Assembly (NCBI RefSeq): GCF_009914755.1
Contig: NC_060925.1
Direction: 5' to 3' (one strand)
Source of the DNA: the human T2T-CHM13v2.0 reference genome, Homo sapiens
Length of the DNA: 64,000 bases
Numbering within the stretch: the first letter of the stretch is position 1; every line of letters begins with the position of its first letter. Positions 41,286 to 58,800 of the stretch are shown piece by piece. The notes beneath the pieces were generated by a model that was given only the letters and a program-made list of their open reading frames with translations, was not told the DNA's origin and searched no databases. The translations under genes and the position numbers were made by a program.

Positions 41286-44140
41286 TTTCTTGAGGCAGAA
41301 TCGCTCTGATGCCAAGGCTGGAGTGCAGTGGCATGATCTCAGCCCACTGCAACCTCCGCCTCCTGAGTTCAAGCGATTCTTTTGTCTCAACTTCTTGAGT
41401 AACTGGGATTACAGGAGCATGCTACCATGCCCAGCTCCGTTTTCTATTTTTAGTAGAAATGGGATTTGGCCATGTTAGCCAGGCTGGTCTCGAACTCCCG
41501 AACTTGGCCTACCAAAGTGCTGGGATTACAGCCTTAAGCCCCCATGCCCAATTGCTGAAGTTATTTATCAGCTTAAGGAACTTTTGGGCCAAGACTATGG
41601 GGTTTTCTAGGTATAGGATCATGTCATCTGTAAGCAGAGATATCTTGACTTCTTCTCCTTCTGTTTGGATGCTCTTTATTTCTTTCTCTTGCTTGATTGC
41701 TCTGGCCAGGGCTTCCAACACCGTGTTAAAAAGGTGAGGTGAGATAAAGCATCCTTGTCTTGTGCTAGTTTTCAAGGGGAAAACTGTGATTTTTCAGTAT
41801 GATGAAAAATCAGTATAATGTTGGCTGTGGATTTGTCATAGATGACTGTTATTATTTTGAGGTGTGTTCCTTCAATACCTAGTTTATTGAGAGTTTTTAA
41901 CATGAAGGGATGTTGAATTTTATTGATAGCCTTTTCTGCTTCTATTGAGATAATCATGTGATTTTTGTCTGTTGTTCTGTTTATGTGATAAATCACACTT
42001 ATTGATTGGCGTATGTCGAACCAACTTTGCATTTCAGGAGTAAAGCCTAATTGATCATGGTAGATTAACCTTTTGAGGTGCTGCTGGATTTGGTTTTCAG
42101 GTATTTTGTTTGAGGATTTTTCCATCAATGTTTGTCAAGGATATTGGCCTAAAGTTTTCTTTCTTTGTTGGGTCTCTGTTGGCTTTGGAATCAGGATAAT
42201 ATTGGCCTCACAGAATGAGTTAGGAAGGAGTCCCTTCTCCACAATTTTTTGGAATAGTTTCAGTGGGAATGCTACCAGCTCTTCTTTGTTTGGCAATGAG
42301 TCTGTCTAGTCCTGGGTTTTTTTAGTTTGTAGGCTATTTATTACTGATTTAATTTTGGAACTTGTTATTGGCCTGTTCAGGAGTTCAGTTTCTACTTGGT
42401 TCAGTCTTAGGAGGGTGATGTGTGCAGGAATGTACCCATTTCTTCCATATTTTCTAGTTTGTGTTCATAAAGCTATTCATAGTAGTCTCTAATAGTTATT
42501 GTATTTATTTGGGCCAGTGGTAATATCCCTTTGATGTTTCTCATTGTGTTTATTTAGATCTTCTCTTTTTTCTTGTTTATTAGTCTAGCTAGCAGTCTAT
42601 TTCATTATATTTCTCAAAAAAAAAAAAAAAGCTACAACTCCTAGAGTCGTTGATCTTTCGATTTTTTGTGTGTCTCAATCTCCTTCAGTTAAGCTCTGAT
42701 TTTGGTTATGTTTTGCCTTCTTATAGCTTTGATGTTGGTTTACTCTTACTTCTCTAGTTCTTTTAGTTGTGAGGTTAGGTTGTTATATTGAGATCTTCCT
42801 AAATTTTTGATGTGGGTATTAGGTGCCATAAATTTCCCTCTTAACACTGCCTTAACTATGTCCCAAATTCTAGTATGATGTAACTTTGTTCTCATTAGTT
42901 TCAAAGATTTCTTGATTTCTGCCTTAATTTTATTATTTTTTCAGAAGTCATTCAGGAGCAGGTTATTCAATTTCCATGTATTTGTACAATTTTTAGTGAA
43001 TGTCTTTGTCTTTATTTCTAACTTGATTGTGCTGTGGTCTGAGAGAGTGGTTGTTATGATATATTTTCTTTAGCATTTGCTGAGCATGGTTTTGTGTCTG
43101 ATTATGTGGTTGATTTTAGAGTATGCACCATGTAACAATGATAAGAATGCATATTATGCTGTTTTGGGGAAACAATTTCCATAGATGTCTCTCAGGTCCA
43201 TTCATTTCAGTGCTGAATTCAGGTCCTGAATATTTTTGTCAGCTTTCTTCCTCAATGACTTTTTAGATACTGTCAGTGGGGTGTTGAAGTCTCCCACTAT
43301 CATTGTGTGGGAGTCTAAGTCTCTTTGAAGTTCTTTGAGAACTTGCTTTATGAATCTGGGCACTTCTGTGTTGGGTGCATATATAATAAGGATAGTAAGG
43401 TCTTCTTGAATGGAGCCTTTTACCATTATGTAATGTCCTTCTTTGTCTTTTTTGAGCTTCGTTGGTTTACAGCCTGTTTTGTCTGAAATTAAGATTGCAA
43501 CCCCTGCTTCTTTCTGTTTTCCATTTGCTTTGTAGCTATTTCTCCATCCATTTATTTTGAGCCTATGTGTATGGGCCTTGCATGTGAGAATGGTCTCTTG
43601 AAGATAGTATACGAATGGGTCTTGATTCTTTATCCAGCTTGCCATTCTGTGCCTTTTAATCGGAGTATTTAGCCCATTTATAGTCAAGCTTAGTATTGAT
43701 ATTTGTGGATTTGATCCTGTTATCATGATGTTAGCTGGTTATTATTCAGGCTTGTTTATGTGGTTGCTTTATAGTGTCACTGGTCTATGTACTTAAGTAT
43801 GTTTATGTGGTGGCTGCTAACAATCTTTCTTTTCCATATTTAGTGCTTCCTTCAGGAGCTCTTGTAAGGCAGGTTTGGTGGTAATGAATTCCCTCAACAT
43901 TTGCTTGTCTGAAAATGATTTTATTTCTCCTTCACTTATGAAGCTTAGTTTGGCCATATACAAAATTCTGGGTTTGAATTTGTTTTTTTTCAGAATGTTG
44001 AATATTGTCCCCTAAGGAGATCACTATTAATCTGATAGGCCTCCCTTTGTAGGTGATTTGACTATTATCTCTAGGTACCTATAACATTTTTTCTTCCATT
44101 TTGACCTTGGAGATCTAATCCGATGATTAAGTATTTGGGG
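39368..44140 (-). mobile_element. L1PA13-15-like LINE-1, 5'-truncated in ORF1
   Basis: Poly(T) and 3'UTR at the left. ORF2 remnants include the endonuclease (43202-43726 MITGSNPQISILSLTINGLNTPIKRHR). Confidence 0.95.
41251..41551 (-). mobile_element. AluS inserted in the L1
   Basis: (TTTTG)n tail. TSD ttgctgaagtt at 41241-41251 and 41552-41562. Confidence 0.93.
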
Positions 44141-45479
44141 AAGATAGAAAACCAAGTCAATGCTAAAAATAAAAGCATTCAAATGCTTTCATTTGAATAT
44201 AAGAATCTAAAAATTGCTCTTCATTACAGATAAATCTAAAATAAGTCAGAAGATAAAAACTAGTATTTATCAGCCTCTATTATGTTACTACTTGCTTTTC
44301 TTAGCAAGCTTATTTTATTAGGCATGTTGTAATCTGTACATAATTAACCATAGCTGTGGTATTTTACTTACCTGTATAGCCAGATTGTCATTAGTGATAA
44401 TCATGCAGTAAGTGTCCAATTTGATAAATAAAATTTATACACTTGATAATATTTGATTAATAAAGTTAAAGATGAAACTTAAGATTCAAAAATATTAGTA
44501 TATTTTTCCCAGATTTCATAGGATAGCCAGAAGTCAGAGTTCATACAAATAATACAGCTGTTTGAGTCTAAAAAGTGAAACTAAACTTAGGAAGACATAG
44601 AAAACTTAGAACAACAAGTAGGGGAGATAAGGTGAAGCATTTAATCAGAAAATGAGACTAAATGAAGAAGTACCTCAATACCAAAAGAGGTTGAATGTAA
44701 TTCTTTATTTAATAACAAAATTAGATGTTTTTCTTAAATTTTCAAAAATGTATTATTCCCCAATCTCAAGGCATGGTACATGCTCTGTGAAATTGACTTG
44801 CAGTCACAAATTATAAAAATAATTACCTTTTAATTATAACAGTCAAAATATTTTAAGTAATATTCTAGTCTAGGTCATGTGGCTATTGCCAATTAGAGTG
44901 ATACATTAGGAGAAAAATGTGTATTGATATTAAAAACAAGTGGAGTATGGAGAATCAAGGATTTCATATATAGTGAGAATAGGGTGGGAGAAAAATTATA
45001 AACCTCAGTGTCATTCAGGAATTATACCTGATTAGATGCTATGAAAGATCTTCACACAACACATCAACCAAATAGTGCGTAAAATAAAATTTTTGAGGTA
45101 GTGCATGTCTCAAAATCATTAGATTTCTGTAAGTATCCTCCTCCTGTAAAAAAATTAAAAAATATATATACTATTTTAAATGAAAATCTATATATATAAT
45201 ATACATTCATTTATATATTATATAATATACATACTACATATATGCATTATTTATATGCATTATTTATATACCTTATATTTAGTATATGTACTTTTTAACT
45301 ATATATAAATATTAAAGCAATGTTTTTTATATATAGAACTTCAAGATAAAAATCAGTTTGTATGCATTTCATAATATATCTTCAAACTCTATGAAAGCAA
45401 AGCAAAGCTTCTCAGAAATAAAAATAGACAAAAGCAAATATAGTTGCAGATATTAGCACTCAGACAGTGTTCAACGACC

Positions 45480-46170
45480 TTGTGCATTCTCTTTCTCTTG
45501 AAAACACACTTTTTGCTCTTCCTTCTCTTTTTCCTTAACAAACTAGCAGCTCCCTTTCAGCCTCTTTTACTGGATTCACCAACTCCAGCTAAACTCTAAA
45601 TGTTGACATACTCTAGATTTCTTGGATAATTTTCTTTATATCTGTAATCACTCTCTTGGTATTTTCATTTAGTCTGAAGGCCTTAACTGTCACCTATATA
45701 CTGATATTTCCCAAATTTATGTTTTCCCCCTCACCCCTTTCCTGAACTCCAAATTCATAGAAACAATCTTGTATTTGATATTCCAGTTGTATGCTAAATA
45801 AAAACCCAGATATCATATATTAAAAGTGATGTTGATTTCTATGACACCTCCTCCAAAGAAACAAAAATCATGATTTGTCAAATATTCTCTATTTTGACAA
45901 ATGCCCCATATTTCAAACAGTTGCTCAGGCCTAGAATCTTGTTTTTATTGCCTATTTTACTAACCAGATCTCATAGATATTCTCTCTTAAATGCTTATGG
46001 ACTCCAACTTTAAAATATTTTAAATACAACAAGTTTTTACAAATTTCGCTACTTCCCTCTACTCAGGCTTTATCCTTCTTGCTAATTAATGACCTCAAAA
46101 TCCTCCAGAATGGTTTCCCTGCTTCTCTTCTTCTCACTCTATAAACTTTTTCCACACTTTACTTATAGTG
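45480..46170 (+). mobile_element. L2a fragment (5' part)
   Basis: cacctatatactgatatttcccaaatttat; tcctgaactccaaattcata; cagttgctcaggcctagaatctt. Confidence 0.7.
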
Positions 46171-46189
46171 CTAATAAAAATTATTTAGA

Positions 46190-47482
46190 AAAAAGTAAAT
46201 TTAGACACAGCCATTGCATCTTTTATGAAATTTAAATCAGAATGCATCATAGGCCCAAATGTAAAATGCAAAAACAATAAAACTCTTAGAAGATAACAAA
46301 AGAGAAGACGTAGATGACATTGGGCTTGGCAATGACTTTTTAGACATATTACCAAAAGCACAATCCATGAAAGAAAATTGGTAGTCAGATTTTCTTAAAA
46401 TTATAGACTTTTGCTGTGAAAAACACTCTTCAGAGAATAAAAAGACAAGCCACATACTAGGAGTCTGGGAGATTTGCAAAATGCATATTTGATACATTGC
46501 TTGTATGCAAAATATACAAAGAACTTTTAAAACTTAACAATAAGAAAACAAATGACTCATTTAAGAAACAGGCAAAATATCTGAACAGACACCTCACCAA
46601 AGAAGATATACAGATAAACATAGGAAAAGATGTTCAACATCATATGTCATTAGAGGATTACAAATTAAAACAAGATGAGATACTACAATGGTTGAAGTCC
46701 TCCGACAACAACAAGGGCTAGTGAGAAAATGGAGTAACAAGAACTCTCATTCACTGCTGATGGAAATGTAAAATAATACAGCCACTTTGGAAGATAGCAA
46801 GACAATTTATTAAAAAACAAAACATAACTCTTATTATATGATCTAGCGATTGCACTCATTGGTATTTATCCAAATGAGTTGTAAACTTGTGTATACATAA
46901 AATACATTTGTGAATATAGCAGCTCTATTCACAGTTGCCAAAACTTAGAGGCAGCCATAAGGCTTTACAGCAGGTGCTTGGATAAACTGCGTAGACTCAT
47001 ATGATGGAATATTACTCAATAATAAAGAAACAAACTATTCAGCAACAAAAAGACACAGGAATCTTAAATACAGATTGATAAATAAAAGAAATCAGTCTGA
47101 AAAAGCAACTTGCTATATAATTCCAATTATATATCATTCTGAACAAGGCGTAACTATGAATCAGTAGTTGAGAGCAATGAATAGGTGGAGCACAGGAGAT
47201 TTTTAGGTCAGTGAAACTATAATGTCTGAATGATACTATAATGGTGAATACATTTATCAAAACTCATAAAATATACAATACAAAGAGTAAGCCCTAATAT
47301 AAACTTTGGACTTAATAATTATGTATCAACATTGACTCATCAAAGGTACCACAGTAATGCAAGATATTAATAGGAAAATCTATGGGGATGGGGTAGGGTG
47401 AAGGTCATACAGGAACTGTACTTTCCACTTCCTTTCCTTATAATTCTGTAGTGCTCTAAATAATAAAGTCTATTAATGTTTT
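46190..47482 (+). mobile_element. L1MC1/L1MC2-type 3' region inserted into L2
   Basis: gaactctcattcactgctgatggaaatg; tgatactataatggtgaataca; ccctaatataaactttggac; aataaagtctattaa. Confidence 0.85.
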
Positions 47483-47484
47483 AG

Positions 47485-48025
47485 ATAGCTACTGAAATCA
47501 TATACTCACTTGGTTAAATATATCCGGGTATGTTGTCAGACTTAGAATAAGTTATTGCCAGAATTCGAAAGAGACTGAATAACTCATCTCCTGGCTGTCT
47601 TTCTTCTGTCATTTTCTACCTCTTCTTGAACAGCACTGGTCTTGCATTTCTCATACAAATGAAGCATTATTCTCTTTGTGGCCTTTGCTTCTGCTACCCC
47701 TTCTACCTGGAATACTCTGGGCTTTTTATTTGCATGGCTTTCTTCTTTACATCATTTATGCTGCTGCCAGATGTCATCTCATGAGAGAGAATTTATTTGA
47801 TTTAAAAGAGCATCCAGTATCACTCTATGCTCTATCTGCTTCGTGCCTCTTTTTTAATACTTATATGTATATTATATTTCATATTGATGTGTAATTATTA
47901 TCTGTTTTCATGAGTATTTAAGTTTCATGAAAGAAAGGACTTTGTTTTGTACAATGCTGTATCCCAACTTCATAGAGTAATTACTGTCATTTAGTAGGTT
48001 TTCCCTAAATAGTTGTAGAATGAGC
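47485..48025 (+). mobile_element. L2a fragment (3' end)
   Basis: ggcctttgcttctgctaccccttctacctggaatactct..gctgtatcccaa..tagtaggttttccctaaatagttgtagaatga. Confidence 0.75.
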
Positions 48026-49354
48026 AATTGAGGGACTTACAGGTAGCCATTTTTAAATATTTTGAAGACGTCTATAGATATACAAAAGTTAAAAGTAAAC
48101 AATTCCTATTTACCTATGACCAGATTTAAAGAATTGTCAATATTTTGAAGAGACTCATTAAATATAGTACATATTTTTTAATGGCAGTTCATTTTATCAG
48201 GATCTTTTAATATGAGTAAATGGTCTGTACAATTGACAAAAATGTCATTTTTTTGCACACAGTGCCTTATTAAAACAAATTTATACAATCAAAATAACTT
48301 GAGTCATTATAAAACACTATATGTGAGTATATTAAACAATTATTACATACCTCCATGTTAACAACAAATAATACAGCAGATTAAACACCCAGTTCAGAAA
48401 TATTGCTCCTGACTTTCTGCTCTTCGTTTTATACATTTATTTATTCTCCACCTCAGGGAAGTACTTTTATCCTTAACCTTTTCAATTTCTCATATCTCTG
48501 TGGCTTCCTCTTCAAAGGCCTCCTGGAACCTGCATCATTGGGACTATTTCTGCCTAAACAGTGTGACTTTTTGTACCCAGCCTTTTCAGTTTATCTTATC
48601 AACTAAGCATATGCCTCACTGAAAAACTTTCATAATTGGTCTAGAGATTCTATCAATTTTCTATACTCATACCATTTCATGTTTTAAAGAATTCACTCAG
48701 CTTTAAAATGCATGGCACAGAAAGAATACATAAACTAGTATTTTCCACCTATGTGGTTATGAAAATGTTTCAAGAATTAACTTGCCTACAACAGTGCCTT
48801 GTATTTGTTTACAAAGTTATGTTTAATGACTATATATTTTTGTCAGACATTCCATCGTTACAAAGCTAAGACTGAGAGTTATCGCTTATAATCATTCACT
48901 TTAGCCAGCAAATGTATATTGAATTTCTATTTTGTGTTAGGCATTGTTCTGACACAATAGATAGATAATGGTAACACATCAGACAAACAATGGTGAATGG
49001 GAAAAAATGAAGTTCTAGCCTCATATCACCTTACATTTCAGTGTACTACTACTAAGCAATTTGATCAGCTAAAAAAAATTAGCCTCATCAGCCTGCCCTC
49101 TTACCTAACAGATTAGCCACATACTTCTTACGATATTTTGTTTTGCCATTTAAATGAGAAGGAAGGAAGAGCAAGATAAGAGAAACTTGATCACTTCTCT
49201 TCAAATGTCAAAGTAGCTGTGATGTATTGCACACAGTGAAGGAATAGAATTAGAAAATCCACCCCAGACCATTCTCTTCAGTCTAAGCGAAACCAATTAG
49301 ACTGGAATTCAGGACCTTAGGTTTGAGTTTAAAAAAAAAAAATAAATGCCATAA

Positions 49355-51110
49355 AGGTTCTAGCCATTGCAATAAAGCAAGAAAAAACAAATACACAGAG
49401 CAGAAAGGGAAAAAAAAAAATTTTAAGTGTTTGCATATGACAAGACAGTGTTAATAAAGAAACCTAAAGAATACATATAAAATTAGTAGAACCAATATTT
49501 AAATTTAAAGAGGTCATAAATTATAAAGTATACAAAATGTTCATGTTTCTATAGTTTATTAATAAAACATTAAAAATTAATTTTTTAATTCCCAAAACAT
49601 AGCCAAATCATAAAGAGACTTAATCAACCATGTGAAAGACATAAAAATAAAACTATAAAACATTGTCAAGAGAAATATTTTTAAATCCTTAAATAAATGG
49701 AGAGATACATCATGTTCATGAATTAGAAGAATAAATATTGTTAACTCTCCCAAAGCTAACATATAGATCCAATGCAATGTGAAGCATAATTTCAAGAGTG
49801 TATTTGAGGAAGAGAGAATTAGAAATTGGCAATCTTGCTTTAAAATTTTTATGAAAACACAAAGTTCATAGACTAGCTAAACAATTCTTAAAAGAACAAA
49901 TTTGGAAACCGTTTACCACTTGATTTCTACTCATCACAAAAGAATAGTAATAAAGACAATGGTATTGGTGTAAAGATACATGCATCAATAAAATAAGATA
50001 GGACATCTAGAAATGCTCTATGTATATAGTCAGTTGTTTTTGGCAAAGATGCCAAGGCAATTCAATGGTAAAGAATGGTCTTTTCAATAAATGTTGCTGG
50101 AACAACTAAATATCTATATGGAAAAATTAAAACCTCACTCTTAGATAATGATTTCTTAGATATGACACATGGAGCATGAATCATTATATAAAATATGATT
50201 GATTGATTGAACTTCATCAAAATAAGAAACCTGTGGTCTTTAAAAGACGCTGTTAGAAAATTAAAATACAAGCCATATAATAGTCACAGACACATTCACC
50301 CTAATATATCTGTCAACAGAAGTGTGTCTTAATATATACTTTTCACAAATCAACCGGGAAAATATTTGAACAGATTTTTCAAATATTACAGAAACAAAAT
50401 ATGAATGGCCAGTAAGTGCATTAAAATAACCTCAAGAATGTTATTTGTAAAAGAAATGTAAATTAAAATCATGACATGATATCACTAGACACTCATCACA
50501 TTATCTAAAATTTTTTTAAAAGATAAGCCTTATGAGTTGTTGATGAGAATGTATTCCAACTGGAATACTCATACTTTGCTGGTGGGAATGCAAAATAGTG
50601 CAACTACTTTGTGAATGTGTATAGGTTTCTTATATATTTAACAAACAGATTATTACCATATGATCTCTAGGTATTTACACAAGGAACATAAAAATATATA
50701 CCCACATAAAGACTTTACAAAAATGTTCATGGCAGCTTTATTTATAATAAATTAAAACTACAAGCCAGGTGTGGTGGCACACACCTGTAGTACCAGCTAT
50801 TAGGGAGGCTGAGGCAGGAGCATTGCTTGAGCCCAGGAGTTCCAGGCTGCAGTGAGCCGTGATCTATGATTGTACCACTGCTCTCCTGCTGGGGTGACAG
50901 ACGGAAACTCTACCTCTAAATAAAAATAAAAATAAATGAGAAGAAAACAAATTCTCTCTCAATAGGAGAATGGACAAGGAAATTCTGCTGTGCTACTACT
51001 CAGCAATAAAAATAACAAACTACTGATCCATATGACAACTGGGATGAATCACAAAAGCTTGTTCTGAGCAAAGGTGCCAGTCTTAAAAGAATGCATAGTG
51101 TATGCACATG
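49355..51110 (+). mobile_element. Old L1M (MC/MD/ME) ORF2-3'UTR fragment
   Basis: aaataaatggagagatacatcatgttcatgaattagaaga; caaggcaattcaatgg; tgctggtgggaatgcaaaatagtgcaac. Confidence 0.8.
50763..50937 (+). mobile_element. Free right Alu monomer (FRAM/AluJ-like)
   Basis: Single monomer with gcttgagcccaggagttccaggctgcagtgagc and an A-rich tail. Confidence 0.85.
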
Positions 51111-52701
51111 TAAACTCATAGGCACTCTAGACACTATAGGTTAATAGACATTATAGGTTAATCTTAGTTTTACCATGTTAACATCTGAATTTATTTATAT
51201 TTATAATTATGTATTTCCAATGAAAATTTCATATGTTCTTACAAGGTTAGTTTTCCCAAATAAGATTATGATTTTCAAATTATATTCTGATAAATAATCT
51301 AACAAGACCTATTTTTAACTCTAGTGTCAGTATTAAATTAAGCATTCTAATTAAGAATGACTACCTTTTTTCATCCTGCATACAACTATCATTTGGACAA
51401 CGTGGCTCTTCTATGTCCATAGTTGTGCTGAATCAAGCCCTGACAATGAGCCCCTTCTTTAGCAAAATTCGGAAATGAAATTCTGATCTTAGTCTAGCTG
51501 GTTTAGGTAGCATTGTATTTCCTGGTTCCATTTTCTTTTTAATACCTAGAAACATATCTATCCCTGTCTTCTTTTTTTTTTTGTCAAATGTTCCCAATGG
51601 ATTTCTGTTACTTGTCACTAAACAGTCTCAATCACTACAGGTAAAGTCAATGGTAGTAACCAGGCTAGTCAAGGAACAATATTCCAGAAATATTCAGGTG
51701 GTTGTGTTATGGCCTAAATGAATAAAAATCAGTATACCCAGCACAAAGGCCAAATTCATGTATATAGAGTGATATTGGCAATATAAGAAAATGTAATTTA
51801 CATAGTTTTTGATATAACATGATTATTAAAATTCTTTTTTATAAGCTCATAAATTAGTACATTTTTAATCAGTATGAAATACATACATTTATCTCATTAA
51901 TATTTTGGTTTATTCATTTACCTTTTTATATGCTTTAAGGTAAATTTGCCCTCATGACTTAATTGTTTCTGGGTATAATGAGAAACCATTGTGCATGAGT
52001 AAGTTTGGGAATTAATTCCTGACAATGTTTACAATAAACTTTGTGAGACCTTATGTTAGCCTTCTGATGTCATTCCTCTCCAAAAATATTTGTTTTATTC
52101 CAACTTGAACAGCAAGGTCTTAGTAAAATCCCTATGGATTGTGATACGTAGTTGGAGTGTATGTGTCTCTGCTCTTATTTGTTCTTTATATGCACTAATG
52201 TATAACATAAGCATTACTGTATAGTGTAAGGATTTATGGCAGAAATAAGTTGAGTTAGGTTCAAATTCCCACACTGGGAATATTAGCAAATGAGAAATAT
52301 AAATCATCAAAGCAATTTTATAAAACTGTTAAGCTATTAATGTTAATCCCACCTTGTTCCCAAAATAAATTAAGACAGCTTAAAAACATGAAATAATATA
52401 TAGAAAGATAGCATAAATTAAAAATAGGTGAGAAAGGAAAAAAGTGAGATTAAACATAGCCAAATACAACATATACAAATATGCATATTATGAAGCACTT
52501 TATACTGTTTATTAGAGGAATCTGCAATTTGGACTCTGATTTTCAGCTGTCAGCTAAAAAGGAAATCTTGATTTGATACACAATTCACAGTGGCTTTGCA
52601 ATAAATCTCAAACCACATTTCCAAGGGCAGACACAATTATTTCCAAATTCCAACACTTTAAAGCAATTTATTAAATAAATGCTACAGAAAAAGAACACTG
52701 A

Positions 52702-53077
<376 letters not shown>

Positions 53078-53570
53078 TTAATGTCCATTAGGAGGCTGTT
53101 TCTTAATGTTTTCCTCAATGTCTTTTCACCGAAGAACAATGCACTCCTAGCAAGTATATCCTAGGGGCCAAGGTGGAATACATGACCCTCATTCTGTGTT
53201 CTATATTGAAAGACATATTAAAGATGAAATATATAAAAATAAGTATAAAGATGATTTACTCAAAAGATATTAGGTAGTTCTGACACTGAAAATGTGGTCC
53301 CTGATCAGTAAGAACTCAGCATTCATGTATTCTACAATGTTCACACAAGCTTATGATGCTTCCTTAACTACGAATGTGGGGTACACACTACATTCTCCAT
53401 GGAAACTTTATGGAGCAATCAACAGAGGAAGTTGTCTAAAGTAGGTATTTCAAAACAAGGAAAGGAACTTTGTTTTGAAAAAACAAAAAGCTTGATATAG
53501 CTAGGTTAGAGAGGACTTAAGAGGAGAATGACGAGAGAAAAGTCTGAAAAAATAAAGGATAGCTCTGTTG

Positions 53571-54600
<1,030 letters not shown>

Positions 54601-55399
54601 TTTCAATATATCTTTATCAACACAATAAATGTTGACAAAATGCTTTATTATTATCATGTGCTTTAAATATATTTTTCTGAACAACTATGAGCTGCATATT
54701 CAGCTCTTTTACTTTATGTATAATGTCTAATATGAACAAAACCCTATTTTAAAATAAATTATCTAAATCAGATTTTTTTTTTAGAAAAAGCCTAACTTCA
54801 TCATTTATTTCAAATATACAATATACTATATGTTTGGAGGAATATTATTTTAAAACCAAATATTATAAAAACTGAAGAGAAACAAATTGGAACACCTGTT
54901 TAATGATGTTTTACTAAAATCAATCAAGATTAAAATTATATAGCTATATTATTGTTAATTCATTTTAAGACCCCATCACAATATGTATTCAATGTGCTAT
55001 TCCTTATTGTTTATTTGTAATAAAGGAATATAATATATAGTTAAAATCATAAATGATTTACATGGTGAGATTATGACAAAAGGCATAATATTTTGGTAAA
55101 GTTTGATTGGGAACATTGCTTTCTGTATATGACTTTTTAAGAAAATATAAATGTCAAGAATAAAATTCCTAATTAATTTTATTAACCTTCTTATGCATTA
55201 TGCCTAAACTAATAAAGCAGAAATGTTTGAACTTCTAAAAGCAATCCATTCAACATCTAATGTATAATTTTACTTGTTGATAACTATAAGAAAGTATAAG
55301 AAAATTTTAATCATTTTATTAAATATAAAAAAAAATAATTGATTTGTGCTGGAATAAGTCTTCATGACATAGTTGATAAAATAGGCTCTTAGTTAAATT

Positions 55400-55890
55400 T
55401 ATCAGTGAGGGTTCAGTAAATAAAACAGAGGTTCTAGGAGTATTATCAAAATGAGGAAATTACTATACGAATTAAAAATTTTATGAATGTGGGGCGAACT
55501 TAGAAAGTGGAGGTCTAGAAGGGGAGAGTCAGAAGCTCAAAGAAATTGTCATTAATCAATCCTCTGTAAGAACTAATGCGCGTAAATAAAGTCCAGACTT
55601 GCTAGAAAATCTAAGAACCTGGGATGGTTTTCTGCCCAAGCTACCTCAGGAGTTGCCTCCATGTGGTAGCTGCCCAGGAGCTGCCAAGTCCAAGCTCCTT
55701 GTGGTGGCCCAGGCTGCTGTTGGTCAGCAGTGACAGCAATGAAGAGGCAGAGCAGAGGAGAGCAAGGACAAGTAGGGGTTCCAGGCATCTTTCCAGGCAT
55801 CGTGTCTAACCTTAAAACAAACTGAAAAGAGATTTCTTGGAAATCTAGCTCTCTGCTTTTTCCCAGTTGACATCACACAATGCAACACAG
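55400..55890 (-). mobile_element. Old ERVL-type LTR (MLT2/LTR40-50-like)
   Basis: gtgagggttcagtaaataaaacagagg..ctgctgttggtcagcag..ccagttgacatcacacaatgcaacaca. Confidence 0.5.
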
Positions 55891-56611
55891 TAACTGATTA
55901 TGAAATGCACACTGAGCTGACAAAAAAATTCATATTTTTATCTGCAATTTTTCTCCATTGGAACATTAAAATTTTTGTGGTCCCTAAAACATTACAGTTA
56001 TCTTCAAATATGTCAATTACACTAACATATACTTCTTCATCTATTAAAAAGTACTTTCCAGCTAATGACAGAACATAGAAGCATGAATATATACAAAATG
56101 AATTGCACACCTGTGAGTAGGTGGAAGAAAAGACCATTTATTTTCATTTAATATTTTGAACCAAACACTCCTTTTGCTTTCCCTCATCTATCTTCTCCAT
56201 GAGGTCTCTGCCTCTTTTGAAAGCCAGTGGATGAAAGATGTGTGCTCCTTAAAACAAAATTCCCATCACTGTTGCTGCCCACATACTCTGTAAGGATCCA
56301 AACAAGTGCCAAAACAAGTTATTTCTGAAGTCATGCTTTGTGTGTAATAGCAATGTGTTTAAGACAAGAAGAGGCAGTAAGACCTCTGATGAGATAATTT
56401 TCCATTTTTAGATGTCCCAAAGTATTTTTCATGACTAAGAAATGTACTATAATAAGATTCTGGATGAGTAAATTGTACGTATCTTTTTCCCTCTATAAGG
56501 TAGAGAAAGAGAAAATATGAAAAGCTAGGTGGGAAAGGAAAATTTACATTGTTAGAAGAGAATACATTTGGAATTTGAAGATTATGAAATTTATTCCTTT
56601 AAAACTACTCA

Positions 56612-57010
56612 TTTTCAAACCTTTATATTGAGGTACACAGTAAAATAATTTTGAAAAACTATGCATATCTCATATATTTCAGATTGACATCTAAAACTTT
56701 TAATTCGATTTAGAAAGGTATAAAATTTTTTATTGTACATAAATAGTGATATTTTGAAATAAAATAGTTACATCACTCTTTAAAAGTGCCCAGTGGAATC
56801 TAAATACGAGAGTGATTTATCCATGATTGTCTATTTTAAAATATATGGGCAAGCTATTATTATTGGAAGTTACACATCATTCTTTTTCTTAACTCCTTCA
56901 AGATACTTTTTAATTTTACATTTTTCGTGAATTTTCTGTTTGATGTAGCAGTTTTTGTGTTTCAAACACTTCATTTGATCTTCTATCACACTTTTCTGAA
57001 ACGAAATATG
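56612..57010. mobile_element. Ancient hAT-Charlie-like fragment (copy 2)
   Basis: Collinear with 53571-54268, without the Alu. Confidence 0.55.
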
Positions 57011-57688
57011 TTACAATTGAAAACTGTATTGTGTAATGTGTTGAAGAATGGGGACCACAGCGTATAGGGTAGGAAGTCAAAGCAAGAGAAGACTGATAAA
57101 TTTACAGAAAAAAAAAAAAAAACATTTAGGGGAAGAAAGTCTGAGAATAGTTGGAGAAAATGCAGGAGTGGTATTAAATCAGAGACCAAAAATAATTGGA
57201 AGTTATAATTTGAGAGGACAACACTTAAATTTAATATTTCATAGAGAAAACATCTTAGTTCATAGCAGTGTTCGACTGTGGAAATATATGGCTAAATCAG
57301 AGTGCAGAAGAATTGTACTGAGTAACGGTCACAAAATTAAGAGGTTCAAATGTAAGACTAATTAGTGCGTATATGTTCAATTATTTAAAATCATGGCAAG
57401 GCTTTAGATAGAAAGGGGAAAAATATGTGCTCTTACATTTGTACAGCCACCAAAGATGGCAGTCAGGTAAGGCATAGAGAGCTTAGATTGGAGTTTCCTC
57501 ATAAAACTATTTCCATCACCCCATGGTAGATGCAAAATGGGTGCATTGGAAGAATCAACCAGAGTATGGAATAATAAGCTTCTGAGGGAAAGAGTACGTC
57601 TACAGGCAACAAAATACCCCATCCTCCTAGAGTTTGGAAAAGCATCAAACCATAGCAGGCTGAGTATTCCTTACAGGAAAATGTATAA

Positions 57689-58017
<329 letters not shown>

Positions 58018-58119
58018 AAAATCAGTACTTTTTAAATTGAATCTGAAACAACAGAATATAAGCCAAAGAAATTGCAGCAGACATTGTTCATTGCTTAGTC
58101 AATGACCATTTTCTCTTCT

Positions 58120-58800
<681 letters not shown>

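Noticed and set aside
43202-43726. 174-aa endonuclease-like ORF
   Set aside because: L1 ORF2 APE domain in a decayed L1 with no promoter or complete ORF1.
51128-51161. 17-bp tandem duplication tagaca(c/t)tataggttaa
   Set aside because: An ordinary slippage duplication with no intervening insert.
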